A stretch of 64,000 bases of DNA from positions 1,216,001 to 1,280,000 of the forward strand of contig CAXWPJ010000009.1 of NCBI GenBank assembly GCA_963664115.2, read 5' to 3'. A model generated the notes under the pieces. That model saw only the letters and a list, made by a program, of their open reading frames with translations, did no database searches and had not been told where the DNA came from. The position numbers and the translations under genes are program-made. The DNA comes from Terriglobia bacterium. GTDB lineage: Bacteria > Acidobacteriota > Terriglobia > 20CM-2-55-15. Shown piece by piece: positions 11,812 to 20,352 of this stretch (positions within the stretch are counted from its first letter, which is position 1; the number at the start of each line of letters is the position of its first letter).

Positions 11812-12456
11812 TCAGCGCGCTAACGAGCTCAGGTTCAGGGCCGTCATGGCGACGACGTAGATCGCGACAAAGTAGTACCAGCCACCCACCAGCTTCGGCA
11901 TCCGAAAGGGAGAAACGTTTAGGATGGCGAGTGTAACGACCGCAACGTAGAGTGCCCACGAGAACGCAGGGTGCCCCAATAGCTCACGGAACGGAAACAG
12001 AGCCGTCACAACGATGATATTGCTGTCGATCGGCAGGCCGCTGTACGCGCCGCCGTCGTGGCCAAGAATGTTGAAGTGAGCCAACCGAATCGCTCCCGCA
12101 ATCACCAGCAGAAAAGCGCCTGGTAGAAACCAGGGCTCGAAGTCGCCAATGCTGATCAGGAGCATTGCGGGAGCGACGCCGCTGGATACCATATCGGTAA
12201 GGGAGTCCAGTTGCGCGCCGAAGGCCCGGTCCTCGTCGGTCCGATCGGTCATTCGCCGAGCCAGCGGACCATCGAACCAATCGCAGAACAGCGCCCACAG
12301 CAGAGCTGTGCTGGCGGCGGTATAGGCGCCGCGCACACTGAACCAAATAGCCAGAATTCCGCATACCAACCCCGCCAAGGTCAGCAGGTTGGCTCGGTCG
12401 TAGACAAAAGACAGGGCGCTTCGTCGGCCGGATGGACTCGTCATTGGGGCAGGCAT
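11812..12456 (-). CDS. CDP-alcohol phosphatidyltransferase (PssA/Pcs-like)
   Basis: DWFDGPLARR...FGAQLDSLTDMVSSGVAP signature; multiple TM helices. Confidence 0.9.
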   Translation of the reverse strand: MPAPMTSPSGRRSALSFVYDRANLLTLAGLVCGILAIWFSVRGAYTAASTALLWALFCDWFDGPLARRMTDRTDEDRAFGAQLDSLTDMVSSGVAPAMLLISIGDFEPWFLPGAFLLVIAGAIRLAHFNILGHDGGAYSGLPIDSNIIVVTALFPFRELLGHPAFSWALYVAVVTLAILNVSPFRMPKLVGGWYYFVAIYVVAMTALNLSSLAR

Positions 12457-13607
12457 TTCCGCATCGCTTCGACGAGCATATGGTTCTCCGCTGCCGTCCT
12501 GCTGGCGATGCGCAGATACCGATCGGCATCCGACATGTGTTTACCAGCGCAGTGCTTGACGAAGATGTTGTGCTCCACGAAGAGCCGTTTGGCGATGACC
12601 GGACCGGATGGGCCTGGAGCTGGGAGACGACACATTACGAAGTTAGCCTGAGGTCGATATGCTGTCATTCCGGGTATCTCGTTCAGCCCTTCGTAGAGCT
12701 CATCGCAGTGTTCGCGAACCAGAGCGCAACTCTGCCTGAACGCCTTGCGCCAGCGCGGTGCCTCGCGCAGGAAGGCTTCCGCGAAACCGTTGATGTTCCA
12801 GATGGGCAACTCGGCGCGCACCGCGTTCGCGAATTCCTCATTGGCCGTCAGGAGATAGCCCAGCCGCAGTCCGCCGATCCCGAAGGACTTGCTCAAGCTC
12901 TTGAGGACCGCGAGGTTGGGAACGCGGTCAACCCAACCCTCCACGCTCAACTCCTGATAGTCGTTTGCAAAGTCGATGAAGGATTCATCGACAACGAGCA
13001 TGCACTCGGCCGATTCGAGTTGCGCGGCAAGGCGCAAGATGTCTGCTCTGGGCACTGCCAACGAGGTGGGATTGTTAGGTGTCACTACGATGGCCAGTTT
13101 TGCCTCGCTCTCGAGAACCCGTTGGGCAAAGGCATCTACGTCGAGTTTGAAAGTGGGAGAGGGCAGTTCGAACGGGACGAAGGCGCCAGCTCTCGCAGCG
13201 TCCTCGTACTCGTTGAACGAGGGCACAGGACAGGCGATCGGGCCGGGAAGGCGACCAGCGATGATCTTAATCAGTTCCGAAGCCCCGTTTCCAACCAGAA
13301 TGCGAGAGGAAGGCTGACCGATCAAAGTACCCACGAGCCGCGTGACAACTTCCTGTCCCGGAGGGTAGTTGAACACCAGCTCTCGCAAGTTGTTCTCAAA
13401 ATGTACGAACATCGTTTTAGGCGGGTAATAGGGATTGTACAGGTAGGCGTGATCGATAAACCCAAAGCGCCAATATCCCCCGTGCTGGCTCTGGACGTGG
13501 TCGTAACGCTCCTCGCCTGAGTTGGATAGATACTCAGCCGCCAATCGGTCACTTTCATCGTCGATCTCGCGCTTACCGGGCGTGAGATTCCATCGGTCGG
13601 CTTTCAC
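12441..13607 (-). CDS. PLP-dependent class I/II aminotransferase/decarboxylase (HisC/CobD-like), probably lacking an N-terminal nucleotidyltransferase domain
   Basis: GNGASELI, TPNNPT, VVDESF, KSLSKSFGIGGLRLGY PLP-lysine motif; N-terminus begins with an EIDD remnant. Confidence 0.88.
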   Translation of the reverse strand: MKADRWNLTPGKREIDDESDRLAAEYLSNSGEERYDHVQSQHGGYWRFGFIDHAYLYNPYYPPKTMFVHFENNLRELVFNYPPGQEVVTRLVGTLIGQPSSRILVGNGASELIKIIAGRLPGPIACPVPSFNEYEDAARAGAFVPFELPSPTFKLDVDAFAQRVLESEAKLAIVVTPNNPTSLAVPRADILRLAAQLESAECMLVVDESFIDFANDYQELSVEGWVDRVPNLAVLKSLSKSFGIGGLRLGYLLTANEEFANAVRAELPIWNINGFAEAFLREAPRWRKAFRQSCALVREHCDELYEGLNEIPGMTAYRPQANFVMCRLPAPGPSGPVIAKRLFVEHNIFVKHCAGKHMSDADRYLRIASRTAAENHMLVEAMRKCLPQ

Positions 13608-13634
13608 GTAGATCTCCCTGAATCTGCCAGAGCG

Positions 13635-14471
13635 TTAACTTGCATTCTCTAGCATAAAAAAATGGTTCTGGAGCTTTGGCCAGCGCACACGAAGCCGCGC
13701 CGCCGCTCGGGGAAGAAGCCCGAAGCATACGGGCGACGTAGCCCGTAGCGACCACCAGGTCAAAGCGCCAAGAAAAGGTGAGGTGTGCGGCAGCATACGC
13801 AGGTAGCGGCGTCGCAGTTCGACGAGTTCGACTGCGATCTCCATATAGGTATAAGCGTAGTTTCGACGTGTGTCGACGCGCGACAAGCCAGCCTCTCGAA
13901 AGAGCGTTCGGTAAACGTCGACGCTACGATAGATCGCATGGTACTCGCCCTCTCTGTGCTCGTAACCGTTCGCAACGGTAGTCTCCCGTAAAACGACTCG
14001 CCCCCGATCACCGAGGCGTTCGATAACTGCTTGAACGAGCGCGATCGTGTCAGCGTCGCTCAGGTACATGCAGATTCCTCCTAAAAAGACGAGATCAAAT
14101 GGCCCCGGCGGCAATGGCTCTCGAACGTCCTGGTTCAGAAGCTCCACGTTCGACCGGTCCGTGAGCTTCTTTTTTGCAGCGACCAGCATCGCAGGGCTCT
14201 GTTCAATCCCAATGACGCTGCCGAAGCGCTGAGCGAAGAACTCGGTCCAGGTCCCCGACCCACAGCCCAAGTCAAGTACACGTGCTTGCGGCCCCCCGAC
14301 ATCGAGCCAGTCGCGTATCGCTCGGCGTTCCTTCTGGAAGCGATAACGAACAGCGTTTTCGGGCAAGTCTTGTGCGTGGGCCATGTAGCTCGCACAAGCC
14401 GCCGTGTCGGGGCCAGCTTGAGCAAAGTAGCGCCTAACCTCCCGGTAGTCGATCTGGTATTTGCCACTCAT
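13635..14471 (-). CDS. Class I SAM-dependent methyltransferase (resembles phosphoethanolamine N-methyltransferase domains)
   Basis: VLDLGCGSG motif I; FDLVF...MYLSD...VVLRET segment. Confidence 0.85.
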   Translation of the reverse strand: MSGKYQIDYREVRRYFAQAGPDTAACASYMAHAQDLPENAVRYRFQKERRAIRDWLDVGGPQARVLDLGCGSGTWTEFFAQRFGSVIGIEQSPAMLVAAKKKLTDRSNVELLNQDVREPLPPGPFDLVFLGGICMYLSDADTIALVQAVIERLGDRGRVVLRETTVANGYEHREGEYHAIYRSVDVYRTLFREAGLSRVDTRRNYAYTYMEIAVELVELRRRYLRMLPHTSPFLGALTWWSLRATSPVCFGLLPRAAARLRVRWPKLQNHFFMLENAS

Positions 14472-14697
14472 GTTCTGTCGCGCACCTTTTACGCGATAGG
14501 CACCACAAACTACGTTTCAGCAGTCCGGTCGGTGTCGCTGGGCCTCGCTCTCGGCCCCCGCTGGTCAACTCATGCGGACTTAAACCGCCGCATTCGTTGT
14601 CAAAGTAGATTTTCGCGGGCTTTCCACACCTCGTCCATGACTCCTTACTTATTGCGGAGAGGATCTCGTAGCAGCCGAGTCGGGTGCCAGGGGGCAT
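14434..14697 (-). pseudogene. Ser/Thr kinase N-terminal stub 2 (degenerate)
   Basis: MPPGTRLGCYEILSAISK; DNA atggacgaggtgtggaaagcccgcg corresponds to the MGEVWKAR segment in a shifted frame. Confidence 0.7.
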
Positions 14698-14737
14698 GAT
14701 TCAGCGTGGACTGTTCTGAGCGGCGCAAACTCACTAA

Positions 14738-14766
14738 ATGATATGTAAATAAGGGGTTAGAAGCAA
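14738..14766 (-). promoter_or_regulatory. sigma70-like promoter of the repeated unit
   Basis: Minus strand TTGCTT-N17-TATCAT, ~40 bp upstream of the stub ATG; equivalent element at 11597, 18162 and 62833. Confidence 0.6.
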
Positions 14767-14771
14767 ATAGA

Positions 14772-14811
14772 GTCTCAAGTCCTGAGAAACGACCTTGTCG
14801 GACACTGAGAA
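14772..14811 (-). repeat. Inverted palindromic site (B')
   Basis: Reverse complement TTCTCA GTGTCCGACAA GGTCGT TTCTCAGGACT TGAGAC. Confidence 0.85.
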
Positions 14812-14919
14812 TAGGCGAGCTTCGAGTGTCGCAGTAATTCATTGAAACAATGAGAGATATAGCTCGTTAGCGACCAATCGAGGAAGGGCAGGCGAGAGGA
14901 GGATTTCCGTTCGGTGAAA

Positions 14920-14959
14920 TTCTCAATGTCCGCGAAGATGATTTATCGGGACCTGAGAA
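14920..14959 (+). repeat. Palindromic site (B)
   Basis: TTCTCA ATGTCCGCGAA GATGAT TTATCGGGACC TGAGAA. Confidence 0.85.
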
Positions 14960-15004
14960 TCGTTTTTAAGGCAGGGCTCAAGAAAATTCGATGGCCGCCG
15001 GCTG

Positions 15005-15211
15005 GTGCAGCACTTGTTATGCCGTTTCTTCGCTGAAACAGAGAATGTATCCGTCGGGAACGGAGGCGAATCGGAGTGGTCGCCCGATGGCAGGACGCTC
15101 TACTTCCGAAACGGAAATCAGCTGCTGGCCGCCGACGTTCTTGATGCCGATAGTATGACTCTCGGTGTGCCGCGGCGGCTCCAGCTTTGCGACGGCTTAT
15201 ATCTCTCGTAA
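15005..15211 (+). pseudogene. Fragment of TolB/PD40-like beta-propeller (typical C-terminus of kinase-propeller proteins)
   Basis: VSVGNGGESEWSPDGRTLYFRNGNQLLAADV...LGVPRRL; isolated fragment. Confidence 0.65.
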
Positions 15212-15328
15212 TTCACCATCCTGACGCCTGCTTCGCCCCCTGATAGCGGCCGTTCGAAGACAATGCCTCAGGTCTGAGATGAACTCAGGGTTTAACTTTG
15301 GGACTCGGCGGATTTCGGGCCCCTCGCG

Positions 15329-15739
15329 CTAGTCTTTGCTCGTGCCGCGAATGTTGGAACCCGTTCCTCGCGAGTAATACACGCCGTTCACTTCCATACC
15401 CATGAACTCCCCGGTGCGTCGGGACTTGTTCCGTGGAGGATGAGCGATGATCTTGACCCGATTCCCGACCTTGAGAATCTGCGGCGAGATTCCGGATGCC
15501 ACCATGGACGCGGCCCCGGAGCCCTCAAAACCCCAGCTCTCCGTCCCGCCCTCGGCAATCGGCACATCGAGGGTGACCCACATGTGCGGATTCCTCCACT
15601 CGACGTTGGTGACCACGCCTTCGACGGAAATTAACACGTCCACGTCGAACATCGCACGCGAATGATGGGCCGACAGCGGCGCCGCCATTGACACGAATCC
15701 GAGAAGCATCGCTAGGATGCCGAGTGCCTTCCAAAACAT
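15329..15739 (-). CDS. Exported DUF6152-like protein
   Basis: Signal peptide then AHHSRAMFD...EGVVTNVEWRNPHMW; GGAGG RBS before MFWK. Confidence 0.75.
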   Translation of the reverse strand: MFWKALGILAMLLGFVSMAAPLSAHHSRAMFDVDVLISVEGVVTNVEWRNPHMWVTLDVPIAEGGTESWGFEGSGAASMVASGISPQILKVGNRVKIIAHPPRNKSRRTGEFMGMEVNGVYYSRGTGSNIRGTSKD

Positions 15740-15792
15740 ACCTGCCTCCTTCAAAATCGCGACAGCGATTCGCCACCCAAGTGCTGAATTCG

Positions 15793-16651
15793 TTAACCGA
15801 GGCGCGAAAGATAGGTCTCCGGTCCATCCTCCGGCCGGCACAAGACCTCTTCGATTTGATCGACCGTCTGACGCTTGAAGGTGACCGTCGGCGTCTCCCA
15901 GGGTATCGTCAGCGAGTTCTCATCTTCTGCCCTCGCCTGATACTCGAGCGTGTCGGCATCGATGCGACGCCACCGCTCGACGACGTGCATCGCGTCAGAG
16001 GTCAACCACACGCCCGTGCTGGCGTTCGTCGGCCTATCCTCGGGGCTCGCCAGCCATCCTTCACCGTTGAATGAAACCACGTCGACCACGAGCGTGTCCC
16101 CTTCCCACACTGCCGTTGAGTCGCCCATGTAAGTGGGATACAAATACTGCTCCGCGGTGTGCGGCCTTCCGGTCGTTGGAATGATCCGGTAGACCGGGTA
16201 CGCCTCGGTGAGCACGAATGCGAATCCGGGGCTCTGAATAATCTGGATTGGGTGCCCCAGCATCGCGGCGCGCGGAAAAGCGGGAGGAGCGCAGCAGGGT
16301 TGGGCAGCGAGAGTTCCTCCATCCAGGGTTCCGGTCGTTGGAATGATCCGGTAGACCGGGCGGGTCATCCTCCGCCGAGAGTTCCTCCATCCGAGCGCGC
16401 GCGGCGGGCGTGTACAGTCCCTCGAGCGTCGCCAGATCAAACGTATCGCGTCCGGAACTAGCGCCAAGGGGCGGCGCCCTCCAGACACCAGCTAGATCTG
16501 GCTCTCCCCACTCGGTCCGCGCCGAAAACGAACCGGTACCTGTCGAGGCGCTGTCGTTCGCGCCGTTCTCGTCCATCACTAGTCGCAGGCCGAGCAGCAC
16601 GGCAGCTCCAACGACCAAGCCAATGCCAATAGTCATCGCACGTCCGCTCAT
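15793..16651 (-). pseudogene. Exported hypothetical protein, frameshifted/scrambled near 16310-16395
   Basis: N-part MSGRAMTIGIG...RTEWGEPDLAGVW and C-part GDSTAVWEGDTLVVD...VERWRRIDADTLEY are in different frames; internal repeat 16167-16198/16329-16360. Confidence 0.65.
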
Positions 16652-17925
16652 TGGACACCCCCGTCGAGGGTTCAACGGCGGGCGCACCCGACGCCTCCCT
16701 CTCTGCTTGCTGGACGGCGAACTCCCGGTGTCGCGCGTCCAACTCGGGATCCGGGAAGCAGAGTGACTCAAAGAGCGTGTCGTACGGCATGAGGCCCCGG
16801 CGAACGACCGATCCGGTCCATGGAGCCGTGAGCATTTTCGAGTCTTCAACGACCACGCTGTATTCAATGATCTGCGCGTCCGGCCGACTCCAGCGCTCGA
16901 CGATGCGCAATGCGTCCGAGGAGGTTTGCGGCAGCTGATCCGGCGGCCGAGCTGGCCAAGCCAGGGCTTGCCGTTGAAGTTCAGGGTCACCTCCACGACC
17001 AGCGTGTCGCCCTCCCAATGACCGACCGACGAGCCTTGAAAGGAAGGCTTGTGCGACGCACTCGGTTGGGGTTCGTTCTCGCCAACGATTGGGATGATCC
17101 GGAAGTAGTCACCGCCCTCGTTGAGCATCAGGAGGTATCCCGGGGCTGACACCAGTTGGATGGTTCCGGCGCCGAGCCCGAGCGCGGCCAGCAGTGATAG
17201 TTGGGGGTATCGATGCCTTGCCAATCGATCAGGCCGACCGCGGCACCTCCGCCCTCTCTGTATTCGCGCACCTCCGGACGGTACAGCGACTCCAGCGGAA
17301 CCGGGGGCCGCAGCCAATAGACGCCCTGGGCCAAGCCAAAATCCACGACCAGCGTGTCGCCCTCCCAATGACCGACCGACGAGCCTTGAAAGGAAGGCTT
17401 GTGCGACGCACTCGGTTGGGGTTCGTTCTCGCCAACGATTGGGTGATCCGGAAGTGGCCCTCGTTGAGCATCAGGAGGTATCCCGGGGCTGACACCAGTT
17501 GGATGGTTCCGGCCGCCGATCAGTGAGTTGGGGGTATCGATGCCTTGCCAATCGATCAGGCCGACCGCGGCACCTCCGCCCTCTCTGTATTCGCGCACCT
17601 CCGGACGGTACAGCGACTCCAGCGGAACCGGGGGCCGCGTGACTGTCGCGTCGGGCCAATAGACGCCCGAAAAATCCGGTTTCCCGTCCCACGACGTGCG
17701 TGGCACTGGATATTGCACAGGATCAGATTCGTACGCAACGAGACGCCCTCTCGCCTCGGAGCGAGTCTCCACGCCTTCAGGGAGGAGTTCTACAATCCGC
17801 TCTGTCCAGTCCGCGCCCGCCCCCGCCGCCTGTGGCGGGGTATAGGGCTCTATCTGAGCCGATGCGCGAAAAGCACCGAGGGCCACAAGCAGCGCCATTA
17901 CGGCGATTCCGGAACGAGTCAGCAT
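16650..17925 (-). pseudogene. Exported hypothetical protein of the same family, disrupted by a ~350-bp tandem duplication
   Basis: RTSWDGKPDFSGVYW, GSSVGHWEGDTLVV, LRIVERWSRPD motifs scattered over frames; 16992-17326 repeated at 17342-17668. Confidence 0.65.
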
Positions 17926-18122
17926 CTCCGTCCCCCTAACTTTCTGATGCTCAAAGCATGCATTTCTGTGTGAAAAGAGAAGGTGGAAAATTCTTCAGGC
18001 AGCGTCTTGATCGCAACTTCACGCCCAAGTTTCGTGTCCTTGGCACGCCATACCTCACCCATACCACCCTTACCTAAGAGCGTTGAGATCTCGTAGTGGC
18101 CGAGTTTGGTACCGGATTCCAT
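17919..18122 (-). pseudogene. Ser/Thr kinase N-terminal stub 3
   Basis: [45 protein letters not shown] (subdomains I-II) then unrelated sequence; stop overlaps the next start (ATGCTGA). Confidence 0.9.
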
Positions 18123-18365
18123 AAAATAGTGTGTGCCGAATCGAAAAGCGAAAATGTTGAATAAATCTAACTACAGGTGGGGGTTATAAGCAAGGAAGTT
18201 GTGAGCCCGTGGGCCTCGCCTAATTCTCAACGTCCGAGAAGATGATTTATTGATGGTATGGACTCCTCTTTGATGACTGAGTCGGCATCGAAGTGCCAAA
18301 GTCATTTTGAGCCTCGCAATAAAGCGGGCGAAACACGTGTACGTGTGAACAAAAAGGAGTCCGAG

Positions 18366-19400
18366 ATGAAGAATAGAACGATAGCAGTGGATCTGGCAAA
18401 GAATGTTTTTCAAATTGGTGTTTCAGATCGCCCCGGGCATGTAGAGAAAACCTATCGTTTAAGTCGGGCAAAGTTTCTGGGGTTCTTTGCGAACCAGGAG
18501 CTGGCGACCGTGGTGATGGAAGCCTGCGGATCCGCCCATTACTGGGGTCGGAAGATCCGGGAACTGGGACACACGGTCGTTCTGATCTCGCCGCAGTATG
18601 TGACGCCCTACGTCAGGCGCAACAAGACCGACCGTACGGATGTGAAAGGATTGTTGGAAGCCTATCGTGACAGCGATATTCATCCAGTGCCGGTCAAAAC
18701 CCTGGCCCAACAGCAACTGACCTCATTGCATCGAATCCGTTCGGCGTGGATGCGAACCCGAACCGCACGGATCAATACGGTGCGGGGGTTGTTACGGGAG
18801 TTTGGCTACGTGATCCCGACCGGAGCGGATCATCTGGTGCCGGGGGTAATGGAGCTGATCGAAGATGCAGATGTCGTCATCCCCAGTGTCGTTCGGGAGA
18901 TGTTTCACCAGGTGTGTGGCGAGATCCGTGAATTGGAATCTCGCATGCGATCGGTGGAACAAGAGTTGAAGACGCTGGCTCGGCAGATGCCTGAGGTCGC
19001 GCGTCTGACGTCGATTCCCGGCATCGGCCTGTTAACGGCAACGGCAATGGTGGGGTTTGTTGGAAACATCAAACGATTCCGAACGTCCCGCCATTTTGCC
19101 AGTTATCTGGGACTCACACCCCGGGAACATTCCAGTGGCAACCAGCGACGCATGGGCCGGATCAGTAAGCAAGGCGATCGTTACCTCCGGATGCTGTTGG
19201 TTCATGGGGGCCGTTCCCTGTTGTGGAGTGCCCATCGAGAGGGCGCCACACCGACACCTCTCCAGCAATGGGGTCTCCAGAAACACGAGTTCCGCGGACA
19301 CAACAAGGCAATCGTTGCACTGGCCAACAAGTTGGCGCGTCGCGTGTGGGCGGTTTGGAACCGTGACTGTGACCATCAGGCCCGGTATCAGGCGGCCTGA
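18366..19400 (+). CDS. IS110-family DEDD transposase/recombinase
   Basis: AVDLAKNVFQ, MEACG, KTDRTD, SIPGIG, GLTPREHSSG, GRISKQGD, ALANKLAR; start at MKNR after AAGGAG. Confidence 0.93.
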   Translation: MKNRTIAVDLAKNVFQIGVSDRPGHVEKTYRLSRAKFLGFFANQELATVVMEACGSAHYWGRKIRELGHTVVLISPQYVTPYVRRNKTDRTDVKGLLEAYRDSDIHPVPVKTLAQQQLTSLHRIRSAWMRTRTARINTVRGLLREFGYVIPTGADHLVPGVMELIEDADVVIPSVVREMFHQVCGEIRELESRMRSVEQELKTLARQMPEVARLTSIPGIGLLTATAMVGFVGNIKRFRTSRHFASYLGLTPREHSSGNQRRMGRISKQGDRYLRMLLVHGGRSLLWSAHREGATPTPLQQWGLQKHEFRGHNKAIVALANKLARRVWAVWNRDCDHQARYQAA

Positions 19401-19690
19401 CCCGGAACAGTCGGAATATCTTTTCAGCGAGCTGCGATGAGGTTCGAGATGATGGCGTACCGGTCAGACCGGCGCGGGGCAACGCCGACAAGTCCTTTGG
19501 CCCTTAGAGGCCGTTATTTTATCGGTTGGCTCCCCGCGCGCAAATTTCCATCATGGCCTGGAACAATACAGTTCCACTTTTGAGGCCGAAGATACGGGTG
19601 CAGTCGACTAGCTACTCACCTCGTAACTTCTAGTCAGTCCTGCTGAATGCATTTTGCCGAAGAAAGCTGACGGGAGAGCTGCGCCTACTT
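19401..19690 (+). ncRNA. Putative bridge/seek RNA of the IS1111-type element
   Basis: Stem gcgcgggg/ccccgcgc enclosing CAAGTCC and TTTAT (match target); second loop CCATCAT and AGATA (match IS ends). Confidence 0.7.
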
Positions 19691-19731
19691 GACAGAGGAG
19701 TCCAGATACGGGACTTGACCTCATTCTTTGG

Positions 19732-20208
19732 TCACTGATCTTGCCGTTCTTGTTTGAGCTTATCTTGATAGATCTGCTCGTACTGCTGAATGCGTTCTAA
19801 ATATCCGTCGGGATCGACGAAGCGCTCCGGATCGTAAGAGTCTCCAGGCTCGTATTTATCGTGAAGTCCGAAATGACCGGCATGTGATGAAACCCAGACA
19901 TCGAAAGTTCCTGCCAGCCTCTTTTGCCTGTCGAAGGTCTCAGCGTAAGCCTCACTGAAATTCGGGTAAGCCGGTGAATCGAGCAGCCGCACACGATACG
20001 CGATGCTGTAGGGATTCGCGAGGCCGCGCGCGACGACAACGACTCGGATATCCTGCCCTTCGGCGGTCTCGTAGGTCTTGGGCACGGGCGGCACCTTGAG
20101 CTCCGGTGCGACGGGGATGCCGTTCGCAAACGGCACGTTTTGCTGGGCGGCGGCCGGCGCCCAGACCAAGATCAACGATATAAGGAGTCCCCGTTTCATA
20201 TTTTCCAC
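19732..20208 (-). pseudogene. Chimeric ORF: signal peptide + PQQ sugar-dehydrogenase-like start fused to subclass B3 metallo-beta-lactamase-like C-terminus
   Basis: IRVVVVARGLANPYSIA followed by YPNFSEAYAETFDRQK...DVWVSSHAGHFGLHDKY...FVDPDGY. Confidence 0.6.
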
Positions 20209-20352
20209 CGACCTCGAGTTTCCAGCGACGCACTGACCGCTTATTGCTATTGTGTATGAGCATAAAAAGCTCGGGGCGGGATGCGAAAGCTTGGCGTGAC
20301 GCCGGTTAGGTGAACTGCCCCACAGTTCAAATAGGCAGCCAGGGGGAAGGTC

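Larger units (their letters stand above)
18251..19708 (+). mobile_element. IS110-family, IS1111-type insertion sequence
   Basis: Sub-terminal IRs TGGACTCCTCT (18259-18269) / AGAGGAGTCCA (19694-19704); no target duplication; long 3' non-coding region; outward TTGACA at 19689. Confidence 0.9.
18224..19721 (+). repeat. Palindromic site (C), split by the IS110-family element
   Basis: TTCTCA ACGTCCGAGAA GATGAT TTAT|IS|CGGGACT TGACCT; removing 18251-19708 restores the consensus. Confidence 0.85.

Noticed and set aside
12432-13520. 362-aa plus-strand ORF
   Set aside because: Antisense shadow of the motif-bearing aminotransferase; no recognisable features.
11690-14959. Palindromic sites as integron attC sites or the chromosomal dif
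   Set aside because: No RYYYAAC/GTTRRRY ends, the nearby integrase lacks the IntI-specific insertion, and the right arm does not resemble the canonical XerD arm TTATGTTAAAT. A lineage-specific dif-like identity is not fully excluded.
16061-17368. 435-aa minus-strand ORF as a real protein
   Set aside because: Patchwork produced by frameshifts and the tandem duplication across two genes.
16992-17668. Duplicated segment as a diversity-generating retroelement template/variable pair
   Set aside because: Differences are indels rather than adenine-specific substitutions, and no reverse transcriptase is present.
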